The notes below the pieces were generated by a model, which was given only the letters and a program-made list of their open reading frames with translations, did no database searches and was not told the DNA's origin. Both the position numbers and the translations under genes were made by a program. DNA of 62,818 bases, the filler included, from Chrysochromulina tobinii (Eukaryota), in assembly GCA_001275005.1 (NCBI GenBank). It is 5 parts of 5 records of this genome, joined end to end, with 100 filler letters (N's around TTAATTAATTAA, not from the genome) between each part and the next. Parts side by side here need not be neighbours in the genome. Positions count along the whole stretch, not along the records: positions 48,107 to 62,818 come from JWZX01000550.1; 4 more parts are not named here. One strand, given 5' to 3'. Positions 51,310 to 62,818 of this stretch are shown piece after piece (positions within the stretch are counted from its first letter, which is position 1; each line of letters starts with the position of its first letter).

Positions 51310-52665
51310 TCACGCGAGCTTGGGTTGCGCGCCGGTGTCGCCGCCCGTGACGGCGGCCTCGTCGGCGCTCACCTCTCCATGGGCGTCCTCGGCTGGCGCG
51401 CTCTCGAGCAGCGTACTCATCGCCTCGGGCAGGTGGAGGGGTTCCGGCTTGAGGTGGCGCCGATGCACGGCGATGAAAGCATCCATCTGGGGCTGGAGCG
51501 TGCGTAGCATGTCGGCGTTGAGGCTGAGCGCCGCCTGCACGGCGTCATGCGCGTTCATCACGATCGAGAACGCCTGCGGGCCGAGCAGCCTCTTCATTTC
51601 CGCATCCGCCGACCCAGTGAGCCCGAGAAGTTGCAACGCCTGCACTGCGGCCTTCTGGCACTCGGGCGAGAAGGTCTCGCGACTGAGGAGGGTGCAGAGC
51701 CAGGGCACGAGCTCGAGCTCGACACACGCGCGCTCGCGACGCTCAGTGGGGAGTGAGGCGACGAGTTGCCCAAGAGCGCGCGCCGCAGACGCTTGCATAT
51801 GGAGGGGCGGCGCTCTCTTCGGGTCGGTCGCGTCGATGAGCACGTGGATCAGGTGGCGTAGCAGCGACTCCTCGAGCTGCTCGGTCGCGAGGAGCACCGA
51901 GAAGAGCTGCCCCGCCTCATACAGCAGCTGCAGGTTGAACGAGTTGAGCAGCCCCACCGCCGCCTCGCAATAGCCCTCGTGCAGCACCGGCTGCGGGTGG
52001 CCCTCTTCGTCCTTGCGGTAGAGCTGGGAAGTGGGCAGCACCTTGAGGAGTGTGCGCAGGCCAGCGCACGCGAGCCGCTGCGCGTGCGCCGACTCGATGC
52101 GCAGCAGCCGCAGCAGCGCGCGGTGCACCTCGGTCGAGAAGCGGGGGTTGCCCCGTCCGATCGTGACGAGCAGGTCGCGCGCGTCCTCGAGCAGTGCCTC
52201 CGACTTGCTCGCGCGCATGAAGGCCTCGATCGCTTCGATGCCATCCCCGTCGCACACAATCTCCTTGTAGTGCCGGCCCGCGTTCGCGACCGCCATGAGC
52301 AACCGCATCGCCTCGTGCTTGTCGTGCTCGGGCAGCTGCGGCAACGAGAGTATCTCGACCACCGTCGCGACGCCGCCAACTTCGACAAACTCGGCGAGGT
52401 AGCGCTGACCACTCGAGGCGGCAACGAAGACGGCGATCGCCTGCAGCTGCAGCGCCACGGAGTGGCCCAGCGCGTAGGAGAGTCGCAGCCACGCCGAGAT
52501 GCGAGTGAGCACCAGGCTCGCGCCATTCTCCAGCTCGTCCTCGAGCTGAGGGCCGGTCATGTCGGCACAGCGCGCGACAAACTCCTCGAGCTGCTTGGTG
52601 CGCGAGGCGCGCGTGCCCGTGTCCCACCGGCGCAGAAAGGCGTTCAGCTGCTTGGCTGCCGGCAT
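51310..52665 (-). CDS. ARMH1: Armadillo-like helical domain-containing protein 1 homolog
   Basis: FLRRWD...EFV....TGPQLEDELENGASLVLTRISAWLRLSY...RYLAEFVEVGGVATVVEIL matches the ARMH1 N-terminus as I recall it. Confidence 0.8.
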   Translation of the reverse strand: MPAAKQLNAFLRRWDTGTRASRTKQLEEFVARCADMTGPQLEDELENGASLVLTRISAWLRLSYALGHSVALQLQAIAVFVAASSGQRYLAEFVEVGGVATVVEILSLPQLPEHDKHEAMRLLMAVANAGRHYKEIVCDGDGIEAIEAFMRASKSEALLEDARDLLVTIGRGNPRFSTEVHRALLRLLRIESAHAQRLACAGLRTLLKVLPTSQLYRKDEEGHPQPVLHEGYCEAAVGLLNSFNLQLLYEAGQLFSVLLATEQLEESLLRHLIHVLIDATDPKRAPPLHMQASAARALGQLVASLPTERRERACVELELVPWLCTLLSRETFSPECQKAAVQALQLLGLTGSADAEMKRLLGPQAFSIVMNAHDAVQAALSLNADMLRTLQPQMDAFIAVHRRHLKPEPLHLPEAMSTLLESAPAEDAHGEVSADEAAVTGGDTGAQPKLA

Positions 52666-53065
52666 CCTGTGGACCTGAAACAGCGATAACAAGGAGACTG
52701 AAGGATCGACTGAAGACACTGAAGCCCTGAACTGCTGACTGCAAGCAGGTCCTCTGGTGTGAAACAGTGGAAACTGGAAAGAGGGAAACACAAGGATGAC
52801 TGTGACAGGCTGACAGCGCTCATGCCGGCGTTTTTAAATAGTAACAGCAACAAATGTGAGCCTCCTCGCCAACGAAATCATCATCAATAATCATCTAACA
52901 TAAATATACGCTCGTTTACGCTCGTTGGCACAGCCGGCGAGATCTCAGATCAGACCTCCGTAGTTCGACCCACATCCACACATGTCAGGCAAGAAGTACC
53001 AGCGTATACCAGCATGCACCTCACTCTAGCGACGAGTTCACCACGCTGTTGCAGCATGAGGGCCA

Positions 53066-54124
53066 TCAGCTGCCTTTCTTGGTGAGATCGTCGAGCGCGC
53101 GCAGGTGGCGCCTCTGCTTGAGCACCTGCTTGGCGATGCGGAAGAGCTGTACGAGCAGGAAGAGTACAACGCCCGAGCTCGCGTACATCCATCCTTTTTT
53201 GGTCTGCACGGTATTGAGGGTGATCACGCGCCCGAAGGAGAGCAGCGACTCCTCGAGAAGGTCCTTCTCGGCGGCGATGCGGATGTCGGGCAGGTTGTTG
53301 GACATGTGCATGACTGTGTTCTCGCCCTCGACGCCGTCGATGAAGGCCATCCGAGCGGGGCGGACACGGTGCCACGCCTTCTTGATCGGCACTACGGTGA
53401 ACCTGCGGCGTGGCGCAGATAGCAGTCGTGAGTGTGCCGGAGGCGCGGCGAGGTGGCGTGGATGGGGTGGAGGTATGACGCGTGGCCGTGTGGCGGCGTG
53501 GCGGCACCCGCGCGGCAGTCGCGGCGGCTAGCGTGGCCGTGTGGCGGCGTGGGCGGCAGCCGCGCGGCGGCGTGGCGGCGAGGTGGCACCTCTCTCATCA
53601 GCAGCGGCGGAGGCCTGACACAGCAGCAGGGGCAGAGGCCTGACACAGCGGCAGCGGCAGCGACAGAGGCCTGGCACAACAATCGCGCCATGGCACGCAA
53701 CGGAGGCCATCGGCGCCGGCGCGTGTGGTGATGCGGGTCGGCGGCGGCTCACTCGTGCACATGGGACTCGCCGTGGTTGAGGTAGTCGAGCGTGAAATTG
53801 TTGGCGCCTGCGACCACTCGGAACTTGTCGCTTTTCCAATTGTCGTCATTGATGACGAGGCTGTACGCGTCACCCTGGCCGCGGTTGAAGATGGAGAGCG
53901 TCACGTTGAACGGCTGACCGACGGAGAAGCCTGACATCGGCGTCATCTTCTTGTACAGGAGCAGCACGCTGCGGCCCTGCACAGCACGGAGGCGGAGCAC
54001 GGAAGCAAGTCAGCATAAAGGCCCACCAGCTATGGCGTGCACATTCATGGCGGACCTCCTCTTCATCGCCAGCCACCAGGCTCTGCGTGAGGCCGATGAC
54101 AGCGAGAGCGAGAAGTCGATTCAT
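53066..54124 (-). CDS. SSR2: Translocon-associated protein beta (TRAP-beta), three exons
   Basis: Signal peptide; LLLYKK...GQPFNVTLSIFNRGQGDAY...DDNW...F.VVAG...L..GESHVH / FTVVP; C-terminal TM; introns at about 53403-53752 and 53977-54055. Confidence 0.75.
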
Positions 54125-54384
54125 CTCTCCCAAACACGTGTCAAACACGAAAATAAAGTCAGCTGAAAACGTCAAAAAAAGCAAATACACGGCGGCGGGC
54201 GACACGCGGCGAACGGCACGCGCGCGCTACGAACGGCACAACAGAAAAGTCTTCGGCCCGTTTTGGAAGCCCCAAACTTGTGCGGCCAAACCTGCGCTTG
54301 CATCGCATCCCGGCACGTCAAGGCGCCGGCCGCGGCGCCGCGGCATCGCCGTCCGCCTGTTGACGGCGGAGCTGTTGCACATTC

Positions 54385-55314
54385 ATGCCGCCGTCACCTC
54401 CGCCTCCACCCACGTCCCCGCCTTCAGACGATCCGTATGCTGGATTGTCGTCCAAGGAGATTTACAAGCTGAAGCTCAAAGAGATCAAGGCTAAGGAGGC
54501 CGCCGAGAAGGCATTGGAGGAAGCAGAACGAGCAAAGCGCGAGGCGGAGGAGGCCACCATTCGTGAGGAGAAGGAACGACTGCTTGCGGATCAAGCAAGG
54601 AAACTCGAGCGTCAAGGGACGAGTCAAAAGAAAGGGAAGAAGAATCCGTTCGCGAGCTTTTCCTTGAAGAAAGAGATCGACCCCCTCACGGGTGCCGACC
54701 CAAGTAACAAAGACGAGGGTGCGAGCGTGCACAGCAGCGATAAGTCGCGAACACCCACCGGTGCGGACGGCATGACACAGCTCGTGAACCGTCTCGCGAC
54801 GGCCTCGCGAGGCAAGATGATAACCGAGGTCAAGGAAGCGGTGGTGGTCACACAGCACGATCGCGAGCTGCTCAATAGACAGGACCGCGACCTCATCAAC
54901 GACATCCTCGCCAAGGCGGAGCGTGAGCGCGTCAGGGACGAGCTACGCCGGTACGCTTCGCCGCAGCGCACGGAGCGCACCGTGCCATCCTCGCCACGCG
55001 AAGGCCTTTCGGGCTGCAGCTCTCTCGACACGATCGATCGCGAGAAGCACGCCAGCTACTACCGCGGCCTGAACTCGCCCCCCCGCTCGCCGCGCTCGAA
55101 GGAGGGTCTGATGTCGCCGCCGAAAGACAGGTCCGCGAGGGGCACTTCCCCCTCGGCGATCCCGAGCTCACGAAGCCCTTATATGGACGAGTTCCTCCTC
55201 CAAAAGGAAGCCAAAAGCGGGCCACGGTCGAGCAGCCGGAGCAAGCGCGGCTCGCCGAAGAAGTCATCGCCAAAGTCAAAGGCAAAGGCAAAGAAATCCG
55301 ACAAGTCCAAGTGA
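54385..55314 (+). CDS. Hypothetical coiled-coil, Ser/Lys-rich protein
   Basis: 309-aa ORF with coding-like composition; no domain recognised. Confidence 0.55.
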   Translation: MPPSPPPPPTSPPSDDPYAGLSSKEIYKLKLKEIKAKEAAEKALEEAERAKREAEEATIREEKERLLADQARKLERQGTSQKKGKKNPFASFSLKKEIDPLTGADPSNKDEGASVHSSDKSRTPTGADGMTQLVNRLATASRGKMITEVKEAVVVTQHDRELLNRQDRDLINDILAKAERERVRDELRRYASPQRTERTVPSSPREGLSGCSSLDTIDREKHASYYRGLNSPPRSPRSKEGLMSPPKDRSARGTSPSAIPSSRSPYMDEFLLQKEAKSGPRSSSRSKRGSPKKSSPKSKAKAKKSDKSK

Positions 55315-55665
55315 TGCGCACCGCATGCGCACCCAGTAGCAATCCGTTACAAGGCGACTCCCCCACACAGGGGCACCTTGCAACGCTTTCGGAGTAGGGC
55401 GAGGGTCGCGAACCACAGCGTTGGCTTATAGCTGGCGCGACTGCGTGACTGCGTGAGCTGAGCTTCAAAGCATCTCAGCATGGAGCAGAGATGCAAGATT
55501 CAAATTCAGCAGTAACGTCAGAGGGCGTCGCTGGTGTGGACCACCGTATCTTAATCGTATCAGAATAGATCGCATGTATTCAACCGAGCGTGTGCTCGGT
55601 GCCTCTGTCATGGTCGGGTCGGTTCCGCACTTCACGGGACGTGACCTGGTGTGAAAACTGAGGCG

Positions 55666-57783
55666 ATGGCGGCAAATACTCGTCTCTCGTCATCCACACT
55701 CGTTGCGGCGCAGCTCTCGGGCACATTTGGCCGGCCTGCGCGCAACGTCCGCGGCCGGCCGTCCCTCGACCGTCTCGCGCTCGACCACCTCTTCGCCAAC
55801 CACATCGTCTCCGACCTCGCGCAGCTTCCCGCGCTATGGGCACTGCCTGGGCCACGCGGCGCGCCGCCATACGTGAGCGACGTGGATTTCGATGGCTCGG
55901 GCGAGCTACTGGCGAGCTGCTCCACGGATGGGCGCATTGCCGTCTTCCAGGCGCAGCAGTTTGCGGCCACGCTCCAAGCCGCGCACGCGCACGCGGAGCG
56001 CGCTGCCGAGGAGGCGCTCGCGCTGCAGCTCGCCTCTGAGGAGCGCGCGGGCGGGAGCGCACACGCGGCCGCGATCCAGGCGGCCGCCGTCGCCGCGGCC
56101 AAGGCCGCCGAGGTCGCTCATCACACCGTCGCGTGCGAGCCGCTGCTGTGCATCTCGACGCGCCAGAGCGCGTGCGCCACGCGCTGGAGCCCACACGCGC
56201 GCGACGAGCTCGTGTGCGCTTACGCGAACGCGCACGAGCTGCACGTCTTCGACCTCGGCAGCGCGACGCCCAACCGCCCCGTGCGCCGACTCCGCTCCGC
56301 CAAGGCATACGCAGCCACCCAGGGCGTCGCCGACGTCGCCTTCCCGCCTGGCGGCGCATTCCCGGCGGCGTCCGGTCGAGTCGTGCTTGCTGGCGGCCGC
56401 GATGGCCAACTGCGCGTTTGGGATGTGCGCGCACCGCAGCCGCTCGTGGCACAGGCGACGACGGCCACCGGCGGGTTCACCCTCGGCGTGCGCGCTCAGG
56501 ACGCGCATGCAGGAGCCATCCACGTACTCTGTGCCGCGCCCGATGGCGCGCGCGTGTACGCGGGCACGGACGAGGGCTGCGTGGTCGCGTGGGACGTTCG
56601 TGCTCTTCAAACGACGCTGAAGGTGGTGCGCGTGGGCCGCGCGCTTGCGAGCGCTGCCAGGAGCACCGCCGAAGGCGTAGTCGGACTCTCACACCATCCG
56701 AGCCTGCGCCACATCCTCTGTTCACAGCTCTCGGGTGGCTGCGCCATTCTGGTGGACGCCGAGGAGGGTGCCATACGCGCTGTGCGCCCGGCGCCGCGCC
56801 CGCCCCCGCCGGATGCGGCGACGCTGCCGGACTCGGAGGGCCTCGTGCCGCTCGGCGCACGGGCCGCCATCGGTGCGGCGGGCGGCGCAGCGGGCGGCGC
56901 GCCCCCCGATTGGCGCGTACGCACGCATCGCGGCGCGTTCCTCGAGAGCGGCGGTGGCGACGTGTGGTGGTGTACGGGGCTCGCCGGCACGAGCGACCTT
57001 ACCTCGCTTCGAGTGCGTCGCTACTGCACCGAGCTGAGTGCGGCTCGCACGACGCCAACGTCAGCTCCCGTGGTGGCGGTGGCCGCGCACCCACAAGGAC
57101 GCTTGCTCGCGGTCGGTCTGCGGGACAATTCTATTGGCCTCGTGGCGCCGTGCGCGCACGTGCCCGCGCTGCCGCTGCGTTTGGACGTGGGGCCGGCCGA
57201 GGCGGCCGGGGACGGGGCACGAATTGTCGCGCCTCCGCCGCGTTCGAGGAGCGTCGCGCAGGTGGCGGCGGAGGAGAGCGCAGCGCCTACGGAGGTGGGA
57301 GCAAGCAAGCAAACACATAAGCTTCGAATACCTAGCTTGCTTGAGGTGGGGGGAGCTCCGGGAGCGTCCACGATGGGGGGGGCGTCCGCGGTGGGGCTGA
57401 AGCTGGTGGCGCCGCCGAATATCATGGCGGCAGCCTCGGCCGCGCAGCCGCCGACGTACGCGGCCATGCCCGTGCTCGACACGGCGCTGGATGAGGACGA
57501 GGTCGCGGAGGTCGCCATGCTGGAGCGTGTCGCTGCTGACGCCGCCGCCACATTGCGAGGCGGCCGCCGCCCGGCGGCAGTTCGATCGATCTTTGAGCCA
57601 CGTGCAGACGATGCGAAGAAGGGGGGAGCTGCAGGTCCTGGCGCTCTTCCACCAAGCTCGGCTGAGTTGACGGCTGCTGCCTCGACCACCGCCGCCGCCA
57701 CCGAGCCGCCGCACGAGCCGCCCTCTAAGCCCGCGCCCAAGCGGCAGCGCCAGTCGTCGCTCGCTGACTTTTTCAGGAAGTAG
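55666..57783 (+). CDS. WD40-repeat protein
   Basis: VSDVDFDGSGELLASCSTDGRIAVF, LAGGRDGQLRVWDVR, GTDEGCVVAWDVR and AVAAHPQGRLLAVG; ends in a PIP-box-like QSSLADFF. Confidence 0.8.
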   Translation: MAANTRLSSSTLVAAQLSGTFGRPARNVRGRPSLDRLALDHLFANHIVSDLAQLPALWALPGPRGAPPYVSDVDFDGSGELLASCSTDGRIAVFQAQQFAATLQAAHAHAERAAEEALALQLASEERAGGSAHAAAIQAAAVAAAKAAEVAHHTVACEPLLCISTRQSACATRWSPHARDELVCAYANAHELHVFDLGSATPNRPVRRLRSAKAYAATQGVADVAFPPGGAFPAASGRVVLAGGRDGQLRVWDVRAPQPLVAQATTATGGFTLGVRAQDAHAGAIHVLCAAPDGARVYAGTDEGCVVAWDVRALQTTLKVVRVGRALASAARSTAEGVVGLSHHPSLRHILCSQLSGGCAILVDAEEGAIRAVRPAPRPPPPDAATLPDSEGLVPLGARAAIGAAGGAAGGAPPDWRVRTHRGAFLESGGGDVWWCTGLAGTSDLTSLRVRRYCTELSAARTTPTSAPVVAVAAHPQGRLLAVGLRDNSIGLVAPCAHVPALPLRLDVGPAEAAGDGARIVAPPPRSRSVAQVAAEESAAPTEVGASKQTHKLRIPSLLEVGGAPGASTMGGASAVGLKLVAPPNIMAAASAAQPPTYAAMPVLDTALDEDEVAEVAMLERVAADAAATLRGGRRPAAVRSIFEPRADDAKKGGAAGPGALPPSSAELTAAASTTAAATEPPHEPPSKPAPKRQRQSSLADFFRK

Positions 57784-57965
57784 GTGGAGGCGTTTCTGTG
57801 TGCATCCTTGTGCAGCTGCCTGTTTTGGACAACTTTTTTACTTTTGTAAGGCTGAACGACAATGCTGCAGAGCGCTCTCGATCATGAGAGCTGGAGCCAG
57901 CAACGTGCGCACTCCGCTTGCCATGACTGCTGCACGCATAGAGCTGCCCTTCTCGCTCACCTTGT

Positions 57966-60900
57966 TTGCATTTCGAGCTCGCCGCAGGCTTCGGTGCCAC
58001 CCCGCGGCTGCCCAAGATCGCGGCGGCGACGTCGATAGACGATGCGGCGGCCGTCGAAGTGGGTGATGCATCGGATCCGGCGGCACCTCTGCCGCTGCCA
58101 CCTCCACCGCGGCCCGGCGCCGTCTATCTGACCACGCGGCCCGCCAAGAAAAAGATCGCCTTTGTGACGGGCACGCCGATCACGGCGGCGGTGGCGCGCG
58201 AGGTGGCCGAGCTGCGGCGCGCGCGCGAAGAGGCGACGGAGCTGGCGGCCGCATTTTACGGCGGCCAACGACCTACGGCGCCAATTGCTACGCAGCCGGC
58301 GGCACCGGGCGGCAGCAGCAGCAGCAGCCCGCGGCGCAAGGCCTCCTCAGTCGGTGCCGACGGTGGCGGTGGGCAGTCGCAGTCGGCACGCGGGCCAAGC
58401 CCTCGACGGCGCGCGTCGCAGGAGGCGGCGGCGCACGCCTCCAAATCGGCCTCGCTCCAGGGCAGCGTCAGCAAACAGCTGGGGCTCGATGGCACTGTCG
58501 CGAGCCTCGAGCCCGCCCCGTCCGAGCGGCTTGGCTTCAGCCATAATGGGCCGCAGCCGCAGCAGTCGCCGTACGTGGCTCTGCATGCCAAGGACGCGGT
58601 GCTCGCCCACCTGGCCGCGCCGTTCGGGTACGACGCGTGGACGAGCCGCTCGACCCAGCGCGGCGGCCCCGTGGCAGAGAGCCTCGTGTGCGGTCGTGAA
58701 GCTGTGGTGCTCGCTGAGGTCGAGCTGATCGCGAGGGAGGCTGGCCTCACTCTCGATGCGATGGTGGACGCGGGGCTGAGCGTCGACGATGCGCGCGCGC
58801 TGCTCGAGCGGCTGTATGTCCACTCGACCGGCTTCGTGCAGCAGCTCGCCGAGTCGTTTGGCAGGCAGCCCCAGCGCGAAGGGCTCCTCGGCAGGGTGTG
58901 GAGCGCGTACGGGCTGCTGGTGGAACGAGTCCAGGTGGAGGGCGTGGATTACCGGTCGGTCTTGGCGTCGCACCAGAAGCGGGCCGAGGTGGCGTACGCC
59001 CAGCTCGAGGCCGACTTTCGCGCCACCTCCGAGTCCCTGCAGGCTCAGCTCGATGAGGTGAGAGGGCAGATCGGCGCATACGCGGGCAGATCGCGCATCG
59101 TCCGGCATGCAAGTGCTCACCACGGCGCCGTTCCCCTTCCCCACAGGTGAGAGGGCAGATCGCCGCGTACGTGGGCGAGCGTGATGAGCAGCGCGCCCGT
59201 GCCGACGCGTCGGACGCGCTCGCGGCGGCGCGGCTCGAGGAGCGCGCGCTGGCCGAGGCGGCGCTGCAAGTGGTCGAGAAGCAGCTGAAGGTCGAGGTGC
59301 AGGCGCGCGAGAGCGTCGAGCGCCGCTTGGCCGAGGAGGTCAAGGCCCAAGTGCCTCTCAAGGCGCAGCTCGCCCAACTGGCCGACGTCCAGGCGGAGGC
59401 GGCGCGGTTTCAGATGGCGGCGCAGAAGGCGAGCGCCGAGCTGCCGCCACTGCTCGAGGCGATCAAGAGGCTTGAGCTGCAGGTGCAGCAGGCGGAGGTG
59501 CTCTCGAACGTGCTGCGCGAGGACAAGGGCGCGCTCGAGAAGGAGGTGAGTGTCACGTCGCTCAAGCTCGATGCGAAGACACGGGAGGTCGAGAAGCTCG
59601 CCAACGAGCTGCGGATCGAGCGCAACAAGAGTCTCGAAATGAAGGTGGTCCAGGTGCAGGCGGAGACGAAGAAGGAGAGCAAGCTCGGCGCGCTCCTCGA
59701 GCGCGTCCTCAAGGCCGAACAGGAGCGCGAGGCGATCGAAAAGCGAGCACTCGCCGCGGAGCGCGAGGCGGCGCAGGTGAAGCAGGAGGTGCAGCAGGTG
59801 CAGCAGGAGACGATCCAGGTGTCCGAGGCTAAGGGGGAGCTGCAACTGGAGCTCGAGCAAGTGCGCGCCCAGGTGAGCGCTGAGCGTTCGAGGGTCAAGC
59901 AGCTCAATCTCGAGCTTGAGAGCGAGAGGCTGGCGACGGCCAAAGCGAAGCAAGCGACCGAGGGCGCGCTGCTCGAGGCGGCTGGCGCGCAGGAGCAGAC
60001 CGTTAGGGTGGTCGACGAGCTCGCGGCCGCACGTACGGACGCGCGAGAGGCGCGCGAGGCACTCGATGCGGTCAAGCTGGGCGCCTTCCGCAAGGTGGAT
60101 CAGCTCAACGCCGAGATCACCGAGATCACTGCTGGCAAGGAGGCGGCCGAGGCCGAGGTGCTGTCGGTGCGCGAGGCCGAAGCGCTCGCAAAGGCGCGAG
60201 TCACATCTCTTGAGGACGAGATCCAGAAGATGCGCCTGGTGAGCGCGCAGCTCGAGCTGACGCACCAGACCCAGCTGTTGAATCAGCACGAAGCGCAACG
60301 GCTCGAGCGTGAAGCGCTCGAGGCCCATCAGGCCACCGAGCTGCAGCACCATATGGAGGAGGCGGCCCTGTTGCGCGAGGTGCTCGACTCCTCGAGTACC
60401 CTCATGGCCTCCTTCGAGCTCATGCGCGCCGAGGTTGCGAACCTGACAGCCGATAACGAGTGCTACGTGGCCGAGCGGCGTCAACTCGAGGACGCGCTCA
60501 GCTGCCGCTTCGAGCTGCGCTCCACTTGCAGCACCGTCGAGGCGGTCGGCTTCATGCTCGAAGATCCTTTGGCTGTGGACCTCGTCGCGCAGCTCGCGCT
60601 ACAGTGCGAGCAGCAGCGCGCTCTCGATGCGACTGAGCGCGACCTGGCCGAGGCGCTTGGATGCTTCGACACTCTGGTGGCCTTTTGCAGGGACGAGCTG
60701 CAGCCCGAGGCGAACGCTGCCTGGTTGGCCGTGCAAGAGATGCCCCGGCTCCGCGAGGACCTGCTGCAAGCAGGGATGGTCCATTCCGATGGCATGGCCC
60801 AGCTGCAGCGCGCGCGCGCGGAGGCGGAGGCGGAGCGGCGGCGGCTGCTCGACGAGGTCGCGGTAGTCAACGCGAAGCTCGCGAAGGTGAGCGAGCAGGC

Positions 60901-61132
60901 CGCCTACACCACCGAGTTGCAGGCTTCACAGCTCACCCAGCTGACTATGGACTTCACCGAATGCAACGAGGAGCTCCAAAACTGGCGAATGGGCAACATC
61001 CGGCTCGCCAACGCGCGCCAGTGGCGCGAAGAGCGCGAGAAGGCGAAGGCCGGCGGGGGCAGCAGCGGCGGCCCGCCCGTCGAGGGCGGCGGCGTGGAGG
61101 CGTCGCCGCCCCCTGCGGCCGCGTTGGCGTGA
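57966..61132 (+). CDS. Long coiled-coil protein; intron 59058-59146; start uncertain
   Basis: Removing the 89-nt GT-AG intron joins ORFs 57966 and 59147 in frame; heptad-rich E/Q/A/L sequence. Confidence 0.7.
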
Positions 61133-61760
61133 GAGCCTGGCAAAGAGCGCCGCTCAAGAACCTCAGGGTGTGCACGCTGCGTTATTCGCGCCGGAGGGAT
61201 CCGAAGAGCGTGCGAAACAGATGTGTCTCAGCATCGGGGCCACAGCGCGAGTTCTAGAGCGTATGCGTAGTGGGTAGTGTGTAGACGGGTCGCCTCCCCC
61301 CCTCGCCTGAGACGCCCGCGACGGGGTCACGACGCAGGCGCGCGGACCGCCGCGCCGGTCCGCCCACCGCCGCCACGATCCTTCGCGGCGCCGCGCTGTC
61401 CGGTATCCGGAGGCAGCGCGGACGACGCGCGAGGCGCGCGAGGGCCGAGGGTCCGAACCCGGCAGAGCGTTCGAATTTTTTCGGTATTAAACTCCGCACC
61501 GTATTTCGAACACGATCCCGCTCCCGCCCCAACGCCCCACCAAGGTCCAAGCACCGTCGTGGGCCTGAATGTGCCTCCCACCACTATGCAGAATTGCAGA
61601 TGCACCAAATCAACGCCAACACAACGCCACTCTAACACCACTCCCGTTCGCGACCCCACGCTAGGGCCATGGACAGGGCGCGCTGCTCGTGCTGGCGGCA
61701 TATTTTTAACGGGCTGCGGACACACGAGCATTGGGTGATCTCCTTTAGCCCCTGCATAGA

Positions 61761-62818
61761 TCAGCTGTCTGTCTCACGGTGGCGTGATGCCCAGCCGGCA
61801 ATGAGCTGTGCGCATGCATCGCTTCCGCTGCCTCTTGCCATAAGCCAGACATCGATTCCTTGTGTACGCACTGAGGGAGGCACCTCACTTGCACTGATGA
61901 GCGCGCCGGCACGACCACGAAGCAGCTCAATCGCCCCCTGAGGATATGGCACGAAGCCTTCATCGGGTGGCGACAGCATGCACTCAGCCCCCAAGCGGAT
62001 GCAGCAGGCCAGCCCGTTCCCAGTCAGAGCAGGGTACAAGCTGTCAGCACGAACGTCGCTGAAAATAGCTTTCCAGACGCCATTCTTGCCAAACCAGATT
62101 GTGCCTGTGGTGAGATCCGACCCAAGGCCGATGACGTCACCTGCAGCCCACTGTTCCTCCCATTGACTCTCTCCTGCGTGCCATAAGAGCTTTCGTGCAC
62201 CGTCAGCCCCCCAGCTTACATCATCGTCACCTACACCCTCGCCCAAGGGAGCGCTCGCTCCGACAAGAAACGATGGCGATGCCCACCCGAGCTGCTGCGC
62301 ACCGCCAATTGCGATGAGCTCGATCTCGTAAAAGGCTTTGACGGGCGCCGCGGCCACTTGAACGCCAATCGTGCTGAATCCTGTAATGAGGGTTGCCGAT
62401 AGGGGCACGCTGGCTGTAAGCAGTGTCGTCCCAGCCTCGAGCAGGACGCGAGCGCACGGCTCGTGGCCATTTTCGGCAGCGATCATCAAGGCGGTCCATC
62501 CGTCGGACTTTGCCTGATTTGGGTCGGCCTTCGCCTCGAGCAGGACGAGAGCGACCTGCTCGTCGCCATAATGGGCAGCGAGCATCAAGGCGGTCCAGCC
62601 GTCGTGCTTTGCCTGATTTGGGTCGGCCTTTGCCTCGAGCAGGACGAGAGCGACTTGCTCGTGGCCATTTTGGGCAGCGCATATCAAGGCGGTCTCGCCG
62701 TTGGGCTTTGCCTGATTTGGGTCGGCCTTCGCCTCGAGCAGGACGAGAGCGACTTGCTCGTGGCCATTTTGGGCAGCTGCCATCAAGGCGGTCACGCCGT
62801 CAGGCATTCCCTGATTTG
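61761..62818 (-). CDS. Ankyrin-repeat + SPRY domain protein, 5' end outside the window
   Basis: Four GxTALMxAAxNGHEQVALVLLEAKADPN units, then FYEIEL...QLGWAS...GVGDD..SWGADG...W.AGDVIG...F.KNG (SPRY). Confidence 0.85.
   Translation of the reverse strand, partial: NQGMPDGVTALMAAAQNGHEQVALVLLEAKADPNQAKPNGETALICAAQNGHEQVALVLLEAKADPNQAKHDGWTALMLAAHYGDEQVALVLLEAKADPNQAKSDGWTALMIAAENGHEPCARVLLEAGTTLLTASVPLSATLITGFSTIGVQVAAAPVKAFYEIELIAIGGAQQLGWASPSFLVGASAPLGEGVGDDDVSWGADGARKLLWHAGESQWEEQWAAGDVIGLGSDLTTGTIWFGKNGVWKAIFSDVRADSLYPALTGNGLACCIRLGAECMLSPPDEGFVPYPQGAIELLRGRAGALISASEVPPSVRTQGIDVWLMARGSGSDACAQLIAGWASRHRETDS

Overview
GC-rich eukaryotic DNA with spliceosomal introns, most likely a haptophyte alga of the Chrysochromulina/Prymnesiales type (inferred from GC content, intron style, gene families and a selenoprotein). 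The window is five separate contigs (1-14536, 14637-29988, 30089-41026, 41127-48006, 48107-62818) joined by artificial N44-TTAATTAATTAA-N44 linkers, so adjacency across linkers means nothing. Most of it is ordinary host genes: triple-C2 protein, GLTP, GPCR-like, DnaJ, F-box, DMT, GT31, EngB-like GTPase, U-box, two-pore K+ channel, ankyrins, SelM-like selenoprotein, ARMH1, TRAP-beta and WD40. The standout is a 9.3-kb intronless, densely packed virus-like block (about 31719-41026) on the same contig as an intron-containing host gene. It carries a ~1080-aa ORF ending in a rolling-circle HUH endonuclease domain. Facing it are at least 12 co-oriented small genes: a penton-like protein, Nucleocytoviricota-like membrane and helical proteins, and two putatively myristoylated proteins. 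These genes are joined either through a shared upstream TTCT(A/G)A-type motif or a TGATG stop/start overlap. The best fit is an endogenised small relative of giant viruses (mriyavirus/'NCLDV-like dwarf virus' type). Other notable items: an ADP-ribosyltransferase-HEAT-macrodomain-like fusion gene bracketed by a perfect 25-bp direct repeat, introns that begin with a copy of the downstream exon, and a membrane-anchored selenoprotein M with an in-frame UGA and a candidate SECIS. All family assignments come from motif recognition by eye; no searches were run.
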